Shown here piece after piece: positions 27,775 through 37,136 of a stretch of DNA of 64,000 nucleotides (position 1 is the stretch's first letter; each line of letters opens with the position of its first letter). This DNA comes from Pseudomonadota bacterium (lineage in GTDB: Bacteria > Pseudomonadota > Gammaproteobacteria > Steroidobacterales > Steroidobacteraceae). The position numbers and the translations under genes were made by a program. A model generated the notes under the pieces. That model saw only the letters and a program-made list of their open reading frames with translations, was not told where the DNA came from and did no database searches. Where the stretch lies: the NCBI GenBank assembly GCA_023391335.1, contig JAEWBG010000059.1, positions 504 to 64,503 on the forward strand. Direction: 5' to 3'.

Positions 27775-30027
27775 ATGCCCACCCAACCACCCCTCAACTT
27801 CGAAGGCATCGAACGGCTGCCACTGCGGACGTTCACGGAAAAGGCGTATCTCGACTACTCGATGTACGTCATTTTGGATCGCGCATTGCCGAACATCGGC
27901 GATGGCTTGAAGCCGGTGCAGCGACGCATCGTGTATGCGATGAGCGAACTCGGGTTGTCCGCAGCCTCGAAGCACAAGAAGTCGGCGCGCACGATCGGCG
28001 ATGTGATCGGCAAGTTTCATCCGCACGGCGACTCTGCTTGTTACGAAGCGATGGTCCTCATGGCTCAGCCGTTTTCGTATCGCTATCCGCTGGTGGATGG
28101 CCAAGGCAATTTCGGGTCGCCGGACGATCCGAAATCGTTCGCGGCGATGCGTTACACGGAATCGCGTCTGACGCGTTACTCGGCGCTGCTGCTTTCGGAG
28201 TTGGGGCAGGGCACGGTCGATTGGGCGCCGAACTTCGATGGCACGCTCGAAGAACCGGTGTTGTTGCCGGCGCGGGTGCCGAACGTACTCTTGAATGGCG
28301 CGACGGGTATCGCGGTCGGTATGGCGACGGATATTCCGCCGCACAATCTGCGCGAAGTGGTCACAGCGTGTATTCGATTGCTCGAAGATCCGGATGTGAC
28401 CCTGAAGGAGCTGTGCAAGCACGTCCAAGGTCCCGATTTTCCGACGGGCGCCGAGATCATTTCGCCGCGCGCTGAGATTCGTCAGATCTACGAGACCGGC
28501 AACGGCTCAATCCGCGCACGGGCTGTTTATGAGATCGAAGACGGCGACATCGTCATCACGCAATTGCCCTATCAAGTCTCCGGCAGCCGCATTCAAGAAC
28601 AGGTCGCCGCACAGATGCAGGCGAAGAAACTGCCGATGGTCGAGGACATCCGCGATGAGTCCGATCACGAGCATCCGACTCGCATCGTGATTGTGCCGCG
28701 CTCCAATCGCGTGGATATCGAACAGTTGATGGCGCACTTGTTCGCGACGACTGATCTCGAGCGCACCTATCGAGTGAATCTCAACATCATCGGCCTCGAT
28801 GGTCGGCCGAAGGTGATGGGTCTCAAGACGTTGCTCGAAGAATGGTTGACGTATCGCATCAACACCGTCACCAGGCGTTTGAATTGGCGCCTGGAAAAAG
28901 TGCAGGCGCGGTTGCACATCCTCGAAGGCTTGCTTGCTGCCTACCTCAATTTGGATGAAGTGATCCGCATCATCCGTCGGGAAGAAGAGCCAAAACCGGT
29001 GCTGATGAAGCGCTTCAAGTTAAGCGAGATTCAAGCCGAGGCAATACTCGAAACCAAGTTGCGCCACTTGGCGAAGCTCGAAGAGATGAAGATCCGCGGC
29101 GAACAAAAGGAATTGGCCGAAGAGCAAGAAGAACTGGACAAGATCCTCAAGAGCAAAGCGCGTCTGCGTAAGCTCGTGCGCGACGAACTCGAAAAGGATG
29201 CAAAAGAGTTCGGCGATGATCGGCGCAGCCGCATCGTGGAGCGCGCAGCCGCACAGGCAATCGACGAAACATCTCTTGTTACGAGCGAACCGATGACGGT
29301 TGTGCTGTCGGAGCGTGGGTGGGTGCGCGCCGCCAAAGGACACGACATCGATCCGGCGACGCTCTCATATAAGACAGGCGATGCGTTCCAATCGGCAGCA
29401 CGCGGCAAGAGCACGCAGCAAGCCGTATTCCTCGATAGCACCGGCCGCGCCTACAGCTTGCTCGCACACACGCTGCCGTCCGCTCGCGGTCAAGGCGAGC
29501 CGTTGTCGGGTCGCATCGATCCGCCGGAAGGCGCGACGTTCGCGGGCGTGATGATTGGCGATCCAGAGGATCGCTGGGTGGTGGCTTCCGATGCGGGCTA
29601 TGGATTTGTCGTGAAGCTGGAAGAGCTGCATTCGCGCAATCGCGCCGGCAAGGCGGTGCTCAAGGTTCCCGAAAAGTCTGGTGTGCTCGCCCCGGCCCCG
29701 GTGCCTGCGAGCGATGAAGCGTTGCTATGCGCCGTGAGCTCGGACGGCAAGTTGCTCGCGTTCCCAGTAAAGGATCTGCCGGAACTTCCACGCGGCAAGG
29801 GCAATAAGATTTTTGGCCTTTCATCCAAGAAGGTGGAGAGCCGCGATGAGTTCTTGGCAGCGATCGCTGTCGTATCGCCCGATCAGAATCTCATCGTGCG
29901 TTCAGGCGATCGCAAAATGACCCTGAAGTTCTCTGAGCTCAAAGACTATCGCGGCGAACGCGCACAGCGTGGTGCGGTGCTGCCGCGTGGCTGGCGCAAG
30001 GTTGAGCGATTGGAAGTGGAAGGCTGA
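27775..30027 (+). CDS. parC: DNA topoisomerase IV subunit A
   Basis: 750 aa. The active-site Tyr block is [12 protein letters not shown], and [24 protein letters not shown] is the N-terminal signature. Confidence 0.9.
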   Translation: MPTQPPLNFEGIERLPLRTFTEKAYLDYSMYVILDRALPNIGDGLKPVQRRIVYAMSELGLSAASKHKKSARTIGDVIGKFHPHGDSACYEAMVLMAQPFSYRYPLVDGQGNFGSPDDPKSFAAMRYTESRLTRYSALLLSELGQGTVDWAPNFDGTLEEPVLLPARVPNVLLNGATGIAVGMATDIPPHNLREVVTACIRLLEDPDVTLKELCKHVQGPDFPTGAEIISPRAEIRQIYETGNGSIRARAVYEIEDGDIVITQLPYQVSGSRIQEQVAAQMQAKKLPMVEDIRDESDHEHPTRIVIVPRSNRVDIEQLMAHLFATTDLERTYRVNLNIIGLDGRPKVMGLKTLLEEWLTYRINTVTRRLNWRLEKVQARLHILEGLLAAYLNLDEVIRIIRREEEPKPVLMKRFKLSEIQAEAILETKLRHLAKLEEMKIRGEQKELAEEQEELDKILKSKARLRKLVRDELEKDAKEFGDDRRSRIVERAAAQAIDETSLVTSEPMTVVLSERGWVRAAKGHDIDPATLSYKTGDAFQSAARGKSTQQAVFLDSTGRAYSLLAHTLPSARGQGEPLSGRIDPPEGATFAGVMIGDPEDRWVVASDAGYGFVVKLEELHSRNRAGKAVLKVPEKSGVLAPAPVPASDEALLCAVSSDGKLLAFPVKDLPELPRGKGNKIFGLSSKKVESRDEFLAAIAVVSPDQNLIVRSGDRKMTLKFSELKDYRGERAQRGAVLPRGWRKVERLEVEG

Positions 30028-30030
30028 TCC

Positions 30031-30153
30031 GACGTAACACAAAGAGCACATAAATTCGAAAGTAGGTCGGCTCGTTCGATACGCAACGCGCCGTCTGTGA
30101 CCCCAGCCCGATCGTTTTTCGATTTTTCTCTGCGCGCTTTGTGTTGCGTCCGG
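30031..30153. repeat. Family E palindromic element between convergent parC and the FimX-like gene
   Basis: GACGTAACACAAAGAGCACA (30031-30050) pairs with TGCGCGCTTTGTGTTGCGTCCGG (30131-30153). About 20 of 23 positions are complementary. Confidence 0.8.
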
Positions 30154-30163
30154 CTCTTCGCTG

Positions 30164-32221
30164 TCAGCCGATGACGACTTGCTCGGGCTCATTCACGAAG
30201 TAGCCCTGAATGAACTCGATGCCGAGCTGCCACAGCACGGCCATGGTGTTCGCGTCTTCGACGCGCTCGGCGATCGTCGCGACTTTCTTTCCCTTCGCCT
30301 GATCCACGAGCTCGCGAACTTTCTGTTGTAGGTTCGGATCGACTGCTAATCCCTGCATCAGCGTGCCGTCGACCTTGATGAAGTTGATCGGCAAGTGAGC
30401 CAGCAACCGCGAAGGATCGCGTCCCGTGCCGAAGTGTTCGAGCGCGAATAAAAATCCTGCTTTGCGCAACCCGCCGACGAGATCCGTCGTGTCGGCAAGA
30501 TATTCGGTGGCGACTTGCTCGCTGATTTGAAACGCGATGCGTTGCGGGTCGATGCGGCTTGCTTTTAATTGATTCGAGAGCCACTGCACGAGCGACTTGT
30601 CGCGGACAGAATCCTTCGACAGGCGCACGAAGAGTTGCTTCACAGGACGACTGGCGCAGAAAGTCATCGAAGCGCCGATGATCCAGCGATCGATGTTCTT
30701 CATCAGATCATTGCGTTCGGCGGCGGCCATGAATTCTGCGGGCAGAAGCTCTTGCCCCGACTCGTCGACCATGCGCACCAGCACGTCGTACATGCCGCGA
30801 TCTTCGCCGAGTAGGCTCGCGATCGGCTGTTGCATGAGACGGAAGCGGTTCTCCATGAGCGCCGCTTTGATATGGCGCACCCAGATTTCATCCGCCGCTT
30901 GGCGCTTAGTGTCTTCGTCCTGGTGATCGATGACGACAACGCGCTTGCCGCCGGCTTCCTGGGCATTGCGACGCGCCGTGATCGCATCGTTGATCGACAG
31001 CTCGATGTTTGGACTTCGAGGGTCGATGGCGCCGACACCGATGCTGCACGTGCAAGAGATTTGTTTCTCGCCGACGCGGAAGACTTGCGCCGAAACTTTC
31101 TTGATCAAGTTGTTGGCCCAGACCTCGACATCCCGAGGTGTGCCGCGCTCCATGAGTAACATCAGGGCGCCGTCGCCCATCCGTCCGAAAAGATCTCCGG
31201 ACTGCCGCGTTTCCCCGACGAGTCCCGCGAATTGTCCGATGAAGTCTTCGACCGCGAGGGGGCCTAAGTCATCGCAGAGTGCGGCGAGCTTGTCAGGTTC
31301 GACCGAGACAAGTTGGCGAATGCCGGCCTTGATGGGGTGTGCGAGCGACTTCCTCAATCGCTCGATGAAGAACTTGCGTTGCAAGGCGCCGGTTGCCGCA
31401 TCGCGCTCGAGCGCGTCGTTTAGCTGATCGTTCAGATGCGTCGTGCTGTTCGTCGGTTTTGTCGAAGGAATGCACAAGCGAACCGCCGGTTCAGAGTCGA
31501 ACTCGACCTTGGACAGCTCCATTTCCAGCGGAACCGGCGACCCATCGCTCAAGATCGCATTCGCCTTCAACACGTGGTCCGACCACCGGCCTTGCAGGCA
31601 GGCGACCAAGGCACCTTTGATGGCGGCGTGCGCTTCGGAATCGAAGGTGTCCATCAACGGCGTGCCGACGATCGAGTCCACGTCGGGAATTCCGAAGAGC
31701 TCTAGCCACGCAGGATTCGCGTCGACGACGATGCCTTCTTGCACGTGGGCGATCGCGTCGGCGGAGCCGGCCATGAATGACTTGAGCTGTTCTCGATACT
31801 CGCGTGCGGCGCTGACTGTCGCGTTGAGCTCTCGTGCCTGACGATGCGCTTCGAGTTCGCGATGGACGACCGCTTGCAAGCGTTGGGGATGCTTCAGCGT
31901 CACGACGTCGCGTGCACCTTGTTGCATTGCCGCGGCGATGATTTCTTCATCGACTTGATCGCGCGCGATGATCACGGGAACCGTCGGGCCGAACTGATTG
32001 CGCACAGACATGATCTTGGTCGTGTCCGCTGGGTCCGGCCCCACGAAGGCAATCAGCATGTGAGCATTGATCTGCGCCAGCGCATCGGCGAGATCGTTGA
32101 GTTCACGAATCCAACTGCAGCGAGCTGCCGTGCCGCCGTTGCGCAAGGTGCTGTTGATCGCTTCGACGTTGTCCTGATGACGCGTCAGAACGATCATCGG
32201 CACTGCACTTTGTTCGGCCAA
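30164..32221 (-). CDS. REC-PAS-GGDEF-EAL signalling protein with all catalytic motifs degenerate (FimX-like c-di-GMP sensor candidate)
   Basis: 685 aa. The GGDEF position reads RMGDGALMLL. The EAL position reads MYDVLVRM. Metal-ligand blocks are substituted: FVRLS where NLS is expected, FQISEQ for LEITE, and ALEHFGTG for ALDDFGTG. The receiver-like N-terminus has no Asp at the expected acceptor site (AHMLIAFVG). Confidence 0.7.
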   Translation of the reverse strand: MAEQSAVPMIVLTRHQDNVEAINSTLRNGGTAARCSWIRELNDLADALAQINAHMLIAFVGPDPADTTKIMSVRNQFGPTVPVIIARDQVDEEIIAAAMQQGARDVVTLKHPQRLQAVVHRELEAHRQARELNATVSAAREYREQLKSFMAGSADAIAHVQEGIVVDANPAWLELFGIPDVDSIVGTPLMDTFDSEAHAAIKGALVACLQGRWSDHVLKANAILSDGSPVPLEMELSKVEFDSEPAVRLCIPSTKPTNSTTHLNDQLNDALERDAATGALQRKFFIERLRKSLAHPIKAGIRQLVSVEPDKLAALCDDLGPLAVEDFIGQFAGLVGETRQSGDLFGRMGDGALMLLMERGTPRDVEVWANNLIKKVSAQVFRVGEKQISCTCSIGVGAIDPRSPNIELSINDAITARRNAQEAGGKRVVVIDHQDEDTKRQAADEIWVRHIKAALMENRFRLMQQPIASLLGEDRGMYDVLVRMVDESGQELLPAEFMAAAERNDLMKNIDRWIIGASMTFCASRPVKQLFVRLSKDSVRDKSLVQWLSNQLKASRIDPQRIAFQISEQVATEYLADTTDLVGGLRKAGFLFALEHFGTGRDPSRLLAHLPINFIKVDGTLMQGLAVDPNLQQKVRELVDQAKGKKVATIAERVEDANTMAVLWQLGIEFIQGYFVNEPEQVVIG

Positions 32222-32311
32222 CTGGCAAGTCTCCGCGATTGAAGGGATTACGCGCTTGAAGATCGCGTCATCGAGATATCGGCCGGGATTGTAGCATCTG
32301 AAATCGGTCGC

Positions 32312-33361
32312 TTAAGGGATTGCCGTCACAGGCATTTTTGCGGGTGCCCCGGCGATCTCACGCACGAGTTTCGGGACCAAATAGCCTGGCAGACGGGCCG
32401 CCAGTTGGGTGTGAATTTCCAGCGCTTTGGCGTCTGCGATCGCAAAATGGGCTGCACCGGCCACCTTGTCTAGCACGTGCAAGTAATAGGGCAGGACGCC
32501 CACCGCGAAGAGGGCCTCGCTCAACTCAGCCAGCGTCGAGGCATCGTCATTTACGCCTGCCAAGAGCACGCTCTGATTGAGTAGCGTCACACCTCGTTCT
32601 CGCAATCGAGTGCACGCCGATCGAACACTGTCGTCGATCTCTTGAGCATGGTTGGCGTGGATCACCAAGACCTTCTGAAGCGACACTCCTTCCAGCCACG
32701 CAAGCAGTCCTGCATCGACACGCTCCGGCAAAACGATCGGGTACCGCGTGTGAATACGCAGGCGCTTCACGTGCGGTACGGTCGCAAGCTGATCAGTGAG
32801 CTGAATCAGCCGCCGATCGCTTAGGCTCAAAGGGTCGCCGCCGCTCAGAATGACTTCGTTGACGCTGGTATCCGCACGCACCTGGTCTAGGGCGGCGCTC
32901 CAGCCGTTCTGCAAAGCCGATTCGTCCGAATAGGGGAAGTGACGCCGAAAACAATATCGACAGTGCACCGCGCAGGCGCCCGTCGCGATCAAGAGTGCTC
33001 GCCCTTCGTACTTATGTAGCAATCCGGTTGCAGCACGGCTCAAGAGATCGCCGACGGGATCAACCCCGAATCCGGCCACTGCTTTTTCCTCAGCGGCGAA
33101 TGGGAATACCTGCAGCAGGAGTGGGTCGTTCGCGTCGCCACGGCGCATGCGGGAGACGAAGCCTCGTGGGACTTTCAATGGAAATTCACGCAGGGCGCTG
33201 GCGCCCGGGGACATCTGCTCGAGGTCGATGTTCAGCAGTCGACACAGTTCATCGGCGGAGCTGACTGCATCCGCGAGTGCTTTACGCCAGGCGACGGGCT
33301 CGATCGAGGCTTCCGCCGACGATGCGATGAACTGGCTAGAGAGGGAGGTTGCGGCTATCAT
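32312..33361 (-). CDS. epmB: EF-P beta-lysylation protein EpmB (lysine 2,3-aminomutase-like radical SAM)
   Basis: The radical SAM motif [15 protein letters not shown] is present. It is divergent from efp. I chose the ATG at 33361; the track ORF starts 15 codons upstream. Confidence 0.85.
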   Translation of the reverse strand: MIAATSLSSQFIASSAEASIEPVAWRKALADAVSSADELCRLLNIDLEQMSPGASALREFPLKVPRGFVSRMRRGDANDPLLLQVFPFAAEEKAVAGFGVDPVGDLLSRAATGLLHKYEGRALLIATGACAVHCRYCFRRHFPYSDESALQNGWSAALDQVRADTSVNEVILSGGDPLSLSDRRLIQLTDQLATVPHVKRLRIHTRYPIVLPERVDAGLLAWLEGVSLQKVLVIHANHAQEIDDSVRSACTRLRERGVTLLNQSVLLAGVNDDASTLAELSEALFAVGVLPYYLHVLDKVAGAAHFAIADAKALEIHTQLAARLPGYLVPKLVREIAGAPAKMPVTAIP

Positions 33362-33425
33362 CTGCGCCCTTTTCGGCGCGACCGGCGCCGGACCACATTC
33401 TCGCATCAGTCAGCGGCGGTGCCAT

Positions 33426-33995
33426 ATGGGCAGTTTCTCGACGAACGAATTTAAGTCTGGCCTCAAGATCATGTTGGAGAACGATCCTTACTCGATCGTC
33501 GAGAACGAGATGGTCAAACCCGGCAAGGGCCAGGCCTTCAACCGCGTCAAAGTGCGTAACCTCAAGACGGGGCGCGTCATCGAGCGAACGTTCAAGTCGG
33601 GCGACACGGTCGAGTCTGCCGATGTGGTCGAGACTGAGATGCAGTATCTCTACACTGACGGCGAGTTCTGGCACTTCATGGTTCCGGATACCTTCGAGCA
33701 ATACACCGCGGGCAAAGAAGCGCTAGGCGAAGGATCGATTTGGCTGAAGGACGGCATGAGCTGCACCGTCATGTTGTGGAATGGCGTGCCTTTGAACGTG
33801 ACGCCTCCGGCTCACGTCGAGTTGAAGGTGATCGAGACCGACCCCGGCCTCCGCGGCGATACGGCAACGGGTGGTGCAAAGCCAGCGAAGCTTGAAACCG
33901 GCGCGACGGTCCGCGTGCCGCTGTTCATCAATGAAGGCGAGTTCATCCGCGTGGATACTCGTACTGGCGAGTACATCGCTCGTGCGAAGGGCTGA
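33426..33995 (+). CDS. efp: elongation factor P
   Basis: 189 aa from the ATG at 33426. The loop [19 protein letters not shown] carries the modifiable Lys. Confidence 0.95.
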   Translation: MGSFSTNEFKSGLKIMLENDPYSIVENEMVKPGKGQAFNRVKVRNLKTGRVIERTFKSGDTVESADVVETEMQYLYTDGEFWHFMVPDTFEQYTAGKEALGEGSIWLKDGMSCTVMLWNGVPLNVTPPAHVELKVIETDPGLRGDTATGGAKPAKLETGATVRVPLFINEGEFIRVDTRTGEYIARAKG

Positions 33996-34040
33996 GAGCT
34001 AGTGACTCGCGGATAGCGGATAGCGGATAGAAGAAAAAAG
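33996..34040. repeat. solo family B arm (purine orientation) directly after the efp stop
   Basis: GAGCTA-GTGACTC-GCGGATA-GCGGATA-GCGGATA-GAAGAAAAAAG. I see no convincing partner arm before the convergent gene at 34143. Confidence 0.8.
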
Positions 34041-34142
34041 CGTGGGTCGGGGATCGTGGATCGCCGAACCCTGCCGCACACGGATGTGCTAATGCCGCGG
34101 GAGGCAGGACGCTGAGAGCGGCCGAACCCGGATGTGACCTGC

Positions 34143-34631
34143 TTATCTCTCGAGCTGACGCAGCAAGATCTCGACAAACGCCTCCAGCCCCCTCCGATCC
34201 TCTTCATCGAAGCGATTCTTCATCGGGCTATCGATATCCAGCACGCCGAGTAGTTGATCGTTCTTGATCATCGGCACCACGATTTCTGAGTTGGACGCCG
34301 AGTCGCACGCGATGTGTCCTGGAAATTGATTGACGTCCCGCACGACGATGCTTTCTCTGCGTTGAGCCGCTGTTCCACAAACTCCGCGGCCGAGTGCTAT
34401 GCGGACGCATGCCGGCTTGCCTTGGAATGGTCCGACGACGAGTTCGTTTTCGCGCAGCAGATAGAAGCCTGACCAATTCACGTTCTCGAGGGAATGAAAG
34501 AGCAGGGCGGAGGTGTTTGCCAAATTGGCAATCCAGTCCGATTCGCCCGCGATCAACGCCTGCAGTTCGCCGCAGAGCGCAGCATAGAACTGCGGTTTCG
34601 GCAAAGATCGATCGATGCTGCTTTCGTGCAT
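34143..34631 (-). CDS. msrC: GAF-domain protein, free methionine-(R)-sulfoxide reductase (MsrC/YebR)-like
   Basis: 162 aa. GRGVCGTAAQRRESIVVRDVNQFPGHIACDSASNSEIVVPM matches my recollection of YebR-type GAF proteins. Confidence 0.7.
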   Translation of the reverse strand: MHESSIDRSLPKPQFYAALCGELQALIAGESDWIANLANTSALLFHSLENVNWSGFYLLRENELVVGPFQGKPACVRIALGRGVCGTAAQRRESIVVRDVNQFPGHIACDSASNSEIVVPMIKNDQLLGVLDIDSPMKNRFDEEDRRGLEAFVEILLRQLER

Positions 34632-34632
34632 G

Positions 34633-35586
34633 TCAGGCTCGCTCGAACGGAAAGGTCAGTACATCGTGAATGTGTTTCGCGTCCACCGCGCACATCACCA
34701 AACGATCGAAGCCCAGCGCGACTCCCGAGCACTCCGGTAAGCCATGCTCAAGTGCCGATAGAAAGCGTTCATCGATTGGCATCTGCGGCAAGCCGCGTTT
34801 GCGGCGCTGCTCGAGATCCGCTTCGAATCGCGCGCGCTGCTCTGAAGCATTCGCGAGTTCATGAAATCCGTTCGCCAGTTCGACACCATCTAGATACGCC
34901 TCGAATCGTGACGCCACCGGTCCGCGAATCCGAGCGAGGGCTGCCTGTGAGGCGGGATAGTCATAGATAAATGTGAGTCGGCCGTGCCCAAGATGCGGCC
35001 CGACGAGCGTGCTCATGATCAAGTCCAAGCATGCGTCGCGATCGGTGTGCAGATCGCGCGGCACATCGATGTTCGCGCTCTCGAGCCGAGCAACGAGCAC
35101 CGCAACGGGATCCTCGAGCGCATCGACTCCGGCGTGCAACTGAACTGCGTCTCTATACGTCACGCGCTCTGCCCGATCGAATTGTTTGGCGGCCGGCAGA
35201 GCGGCGTTGATTAACCGCTCGACATCGGACATCAGCGAGTGATGATCCATGCCGATGCGATACCACTCGATCAAGGTGAACTCTGGGTTGTGCCAGCGCC
35301 CGACTTCGCCATCGCGATATACGCGACCGATTTGCCAGAGATCGCCACAGCCGGCTGCGAGCAATCGCTTCATTGCATATTCCGGAGAGGTAATCAGATA
35401 GCGCCGATCATTGTTCGCACGTGCTTCCACGCTCGCGAGGTGCACATCGGTCACTGCGGTGGCGCTCAAGGTTGGCGTTTCAACCTCCAACGCACGCGTG
35501 GCAGCGAAGTAGTCGCGAATGGAGCGGAGCATCTTCGCGCGCACTTCGAGCGTCGCGATTGATGCGGTAGGCCTCCAATCGTTCAT
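34633..35586 (-). CDS. epmA: EF-P--(R)-beta-lysine ligase EpmA (truncated class II LysRS paralogue)
   Basis: 317 aa. Class II aaRS core blocks (NPEFTLIEWYR, GVALGFDRL) are present. It lies near efp and epmB. Confidence 0.85.
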   Translation of the reverse strand: MNDWRPTASIATLEVRAKMLRSIRDYFAATRALEVETPTLSATAVTDVHLASVEARANNDRRYLITSPEYAMKRLLAAGCGDLWQIGRVYRDGEVGRWHNPEFTLIEWYRIGMDHHSLMSDVERLINAALPAAKQFDRAERVTYRDAVQLHAGVDALEDPVAVLVARLESANIDVPRDLHTDRDACLDLIMSTLVGPHLGHGRLTFIYDYPASQAALARIRGPVASRFEAYLDGVELANGFHELANASEQRARFEADLEQRRKRGLPQMPIDERFLSALEHGLPECSGVALGFDRLVMCAVDAKHIHDVLTFPFERA

Positions 35587-36461
35587 GAGCGCACGAGGCC
35601 GATGGCGCTTCCAAGCTGGATAGTCGCGTCTGGGAACAATGTGGAGTTCCAGTCCGCGCGCCCTTTTTCGAACAGTAGGATGACGGTCGAGCCCATGTTG
35701 AAGCGGCCGAGCTCTGCGCCTTTCTCAAATCGCTGGCCGATTCCCTCGTCGATTCGAACCGGCCGTTTTCCACGGCGCGGAGGTGGATTCACTTCTCCGC
35801 AATGAACGGTTTCGATGCTGCCGACGAACAGCGCCCCGATGAGGATGACCGTCATGCGGCCTGCGATGGTGTCGAACTCGCAGATCAATCGCTCGTTGCG
35901 CGCGAAGACGCGCGGCACGGCTCGTGCGGTCGCAGCGTTCACGCTGAACAACTCACCTGGAATGTAGATGGTGTCGCGCGCAACGCCCGCAAGCGGCATG
36001 TGAATGCGATGGTAGTTGTAAGGCGCCAAGTAGATGCAGGCGAACGTGCCGTTGCGATACGAGCTCGCGCGTTGTGCATCTCCAAGCAGGTCCTCGAGCG
36101 AGTAGTAATGCCCCTTGGCTTGAATGAGCAAATTGTCGCGCAACGGTCCACATTGACTCAGCGTGCCATCCACGGGGCATGCAATGCTGTTGGCCGCACT
36201 GTCAATCGGTCGCGCATCCGCCTTCAGCGCACGCGTAAAGAAGGCGTTAAAACTGGGATACGCGAATGGGTTCGGCTCCACTGCCTCTTGCATCGTCACG
36301 CGGTAACCGCGCAAAAAGATCTTCAATATCGCATTACGAACCCATATGGTTTCGCTACGCGTGATGGCATAGATGAATCGCGAAAGAAGATGTTTGGGCA
36401 GCAGGTACTGCAGAATCGCAAACAAGCGATCGGAGAGAGTGGCGGCCGGTGCTTCGGTCAT
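35583..36461 (-). CDS. psd: phosphatidylserine decarboxylase proenzyme
   Basis: 292 aa. The self-cleavage region is FNMGSTVILLF (the xGST motif). Confidence 0.9.
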   Translation of the reverse strand: MTEAPAATLSDRLFAILQYLLPKHLLSRFIYAITRSETIWVRNAILKIFLRGYRVTMQEAVEPNPFAYPSFNAFFTRALKADARPIDSAANSIACPVDGTLSQCGPLRDNLLIQAKGHYYSLEDLLGDAQRASSYRNGTFACIYLAPYNYHRIHMPLAGVARDTIYIPGELFSVNAATARAVPRVFARNERLICEFDTIAGRMTVILIGALFVGSIETVHCGEVNPPPRRGKRPVRIDEGIGQRFEKGAELGRFNMGSTVILLFEKGRADWNSTLFPDATIQLGSAIGLVRS

Positions 36462-37099
36462 GAGTGTGGTGCGGAGATCAGACGGCGATAATCGGCAGCG
36501 ATCAGCTTAGCTTGCAGCGGCGGGGAAAACAGCGCATGCCAGTTGCCATTGGGATCGATAACGAAGACAGCGCCCGAATGATCCACGGTGTAGGTGCCGT
36601 CGGCGGCTTTATTGATTGCGACAGGGACGCCCATTGACGTCGTGAATGCTTGGATCTGCTGCGGTGCTGCCGTGATACCGGTGAATTGAGGATCGAAGAA
36701 CCGTACGTAGCTTGCGATCCGTTCCGGTGTGTCGCGCTCAGGATCCACTGAGACGAACACAACTTGCGGCTGCTGCTCTTGTGGCAGATCGGCGAGCTGC
36801 TTCTTCGTCTGTGCCAACAAAGCCAACGTTGTCGGACACACGTCCGGGCAATTGGTGAATCCGAAGAACATGAAGGTCCAGTGACCTTTGAGCCGATCCA
36901 CATTGAATGGACGCTGCGCCTGATCGACGAACTGCATTGCGGGTAATGGACGCGGCGGGCTAATGGCCGTGCCTGACGTAAGCTCTACCGGGCTGTCGTT
37001 CTTCTGCCTTAGGAGCCAATGAGCCGAGAGTGCGCCGACGACAATCGATAGAATGCCGATGCCGATCGCCAGTGCGATGGTTTGAGTGCGAGTAGCCAT
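36458..37099 (-). CDS. SCO1/SenC family copper chaperone (thioredoxin fold)
   Basis: FGFTNCPDVCPTTL (CxxxC), an N-terminal TM anchor, 213 aa. Confidence 0.8.
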   Translation of the reverse strand: MATRTQTIALAIGIGILSIVVGALSAHWLLRQKNDSPVELTSGTAISPPRPLPAMQFVDQAQRPFNVDRLKGHWTFMFFGFTNCPDVCPTTLALLAQTKKQLADLPQEQQPQVVFVSVDPERDTPERIASYVRFFDPQFTGITAAPQQIQAFTTSMGVPVAINKAADGTYTVDHSGAVFVIDPNGNWHALFSPPLQAKLIAADYRRLISAPHS

Positions 37100-37136
37100 G
37101 ATGTCGATGAATTATCGCAGATAGCAGCGCCGTCCG

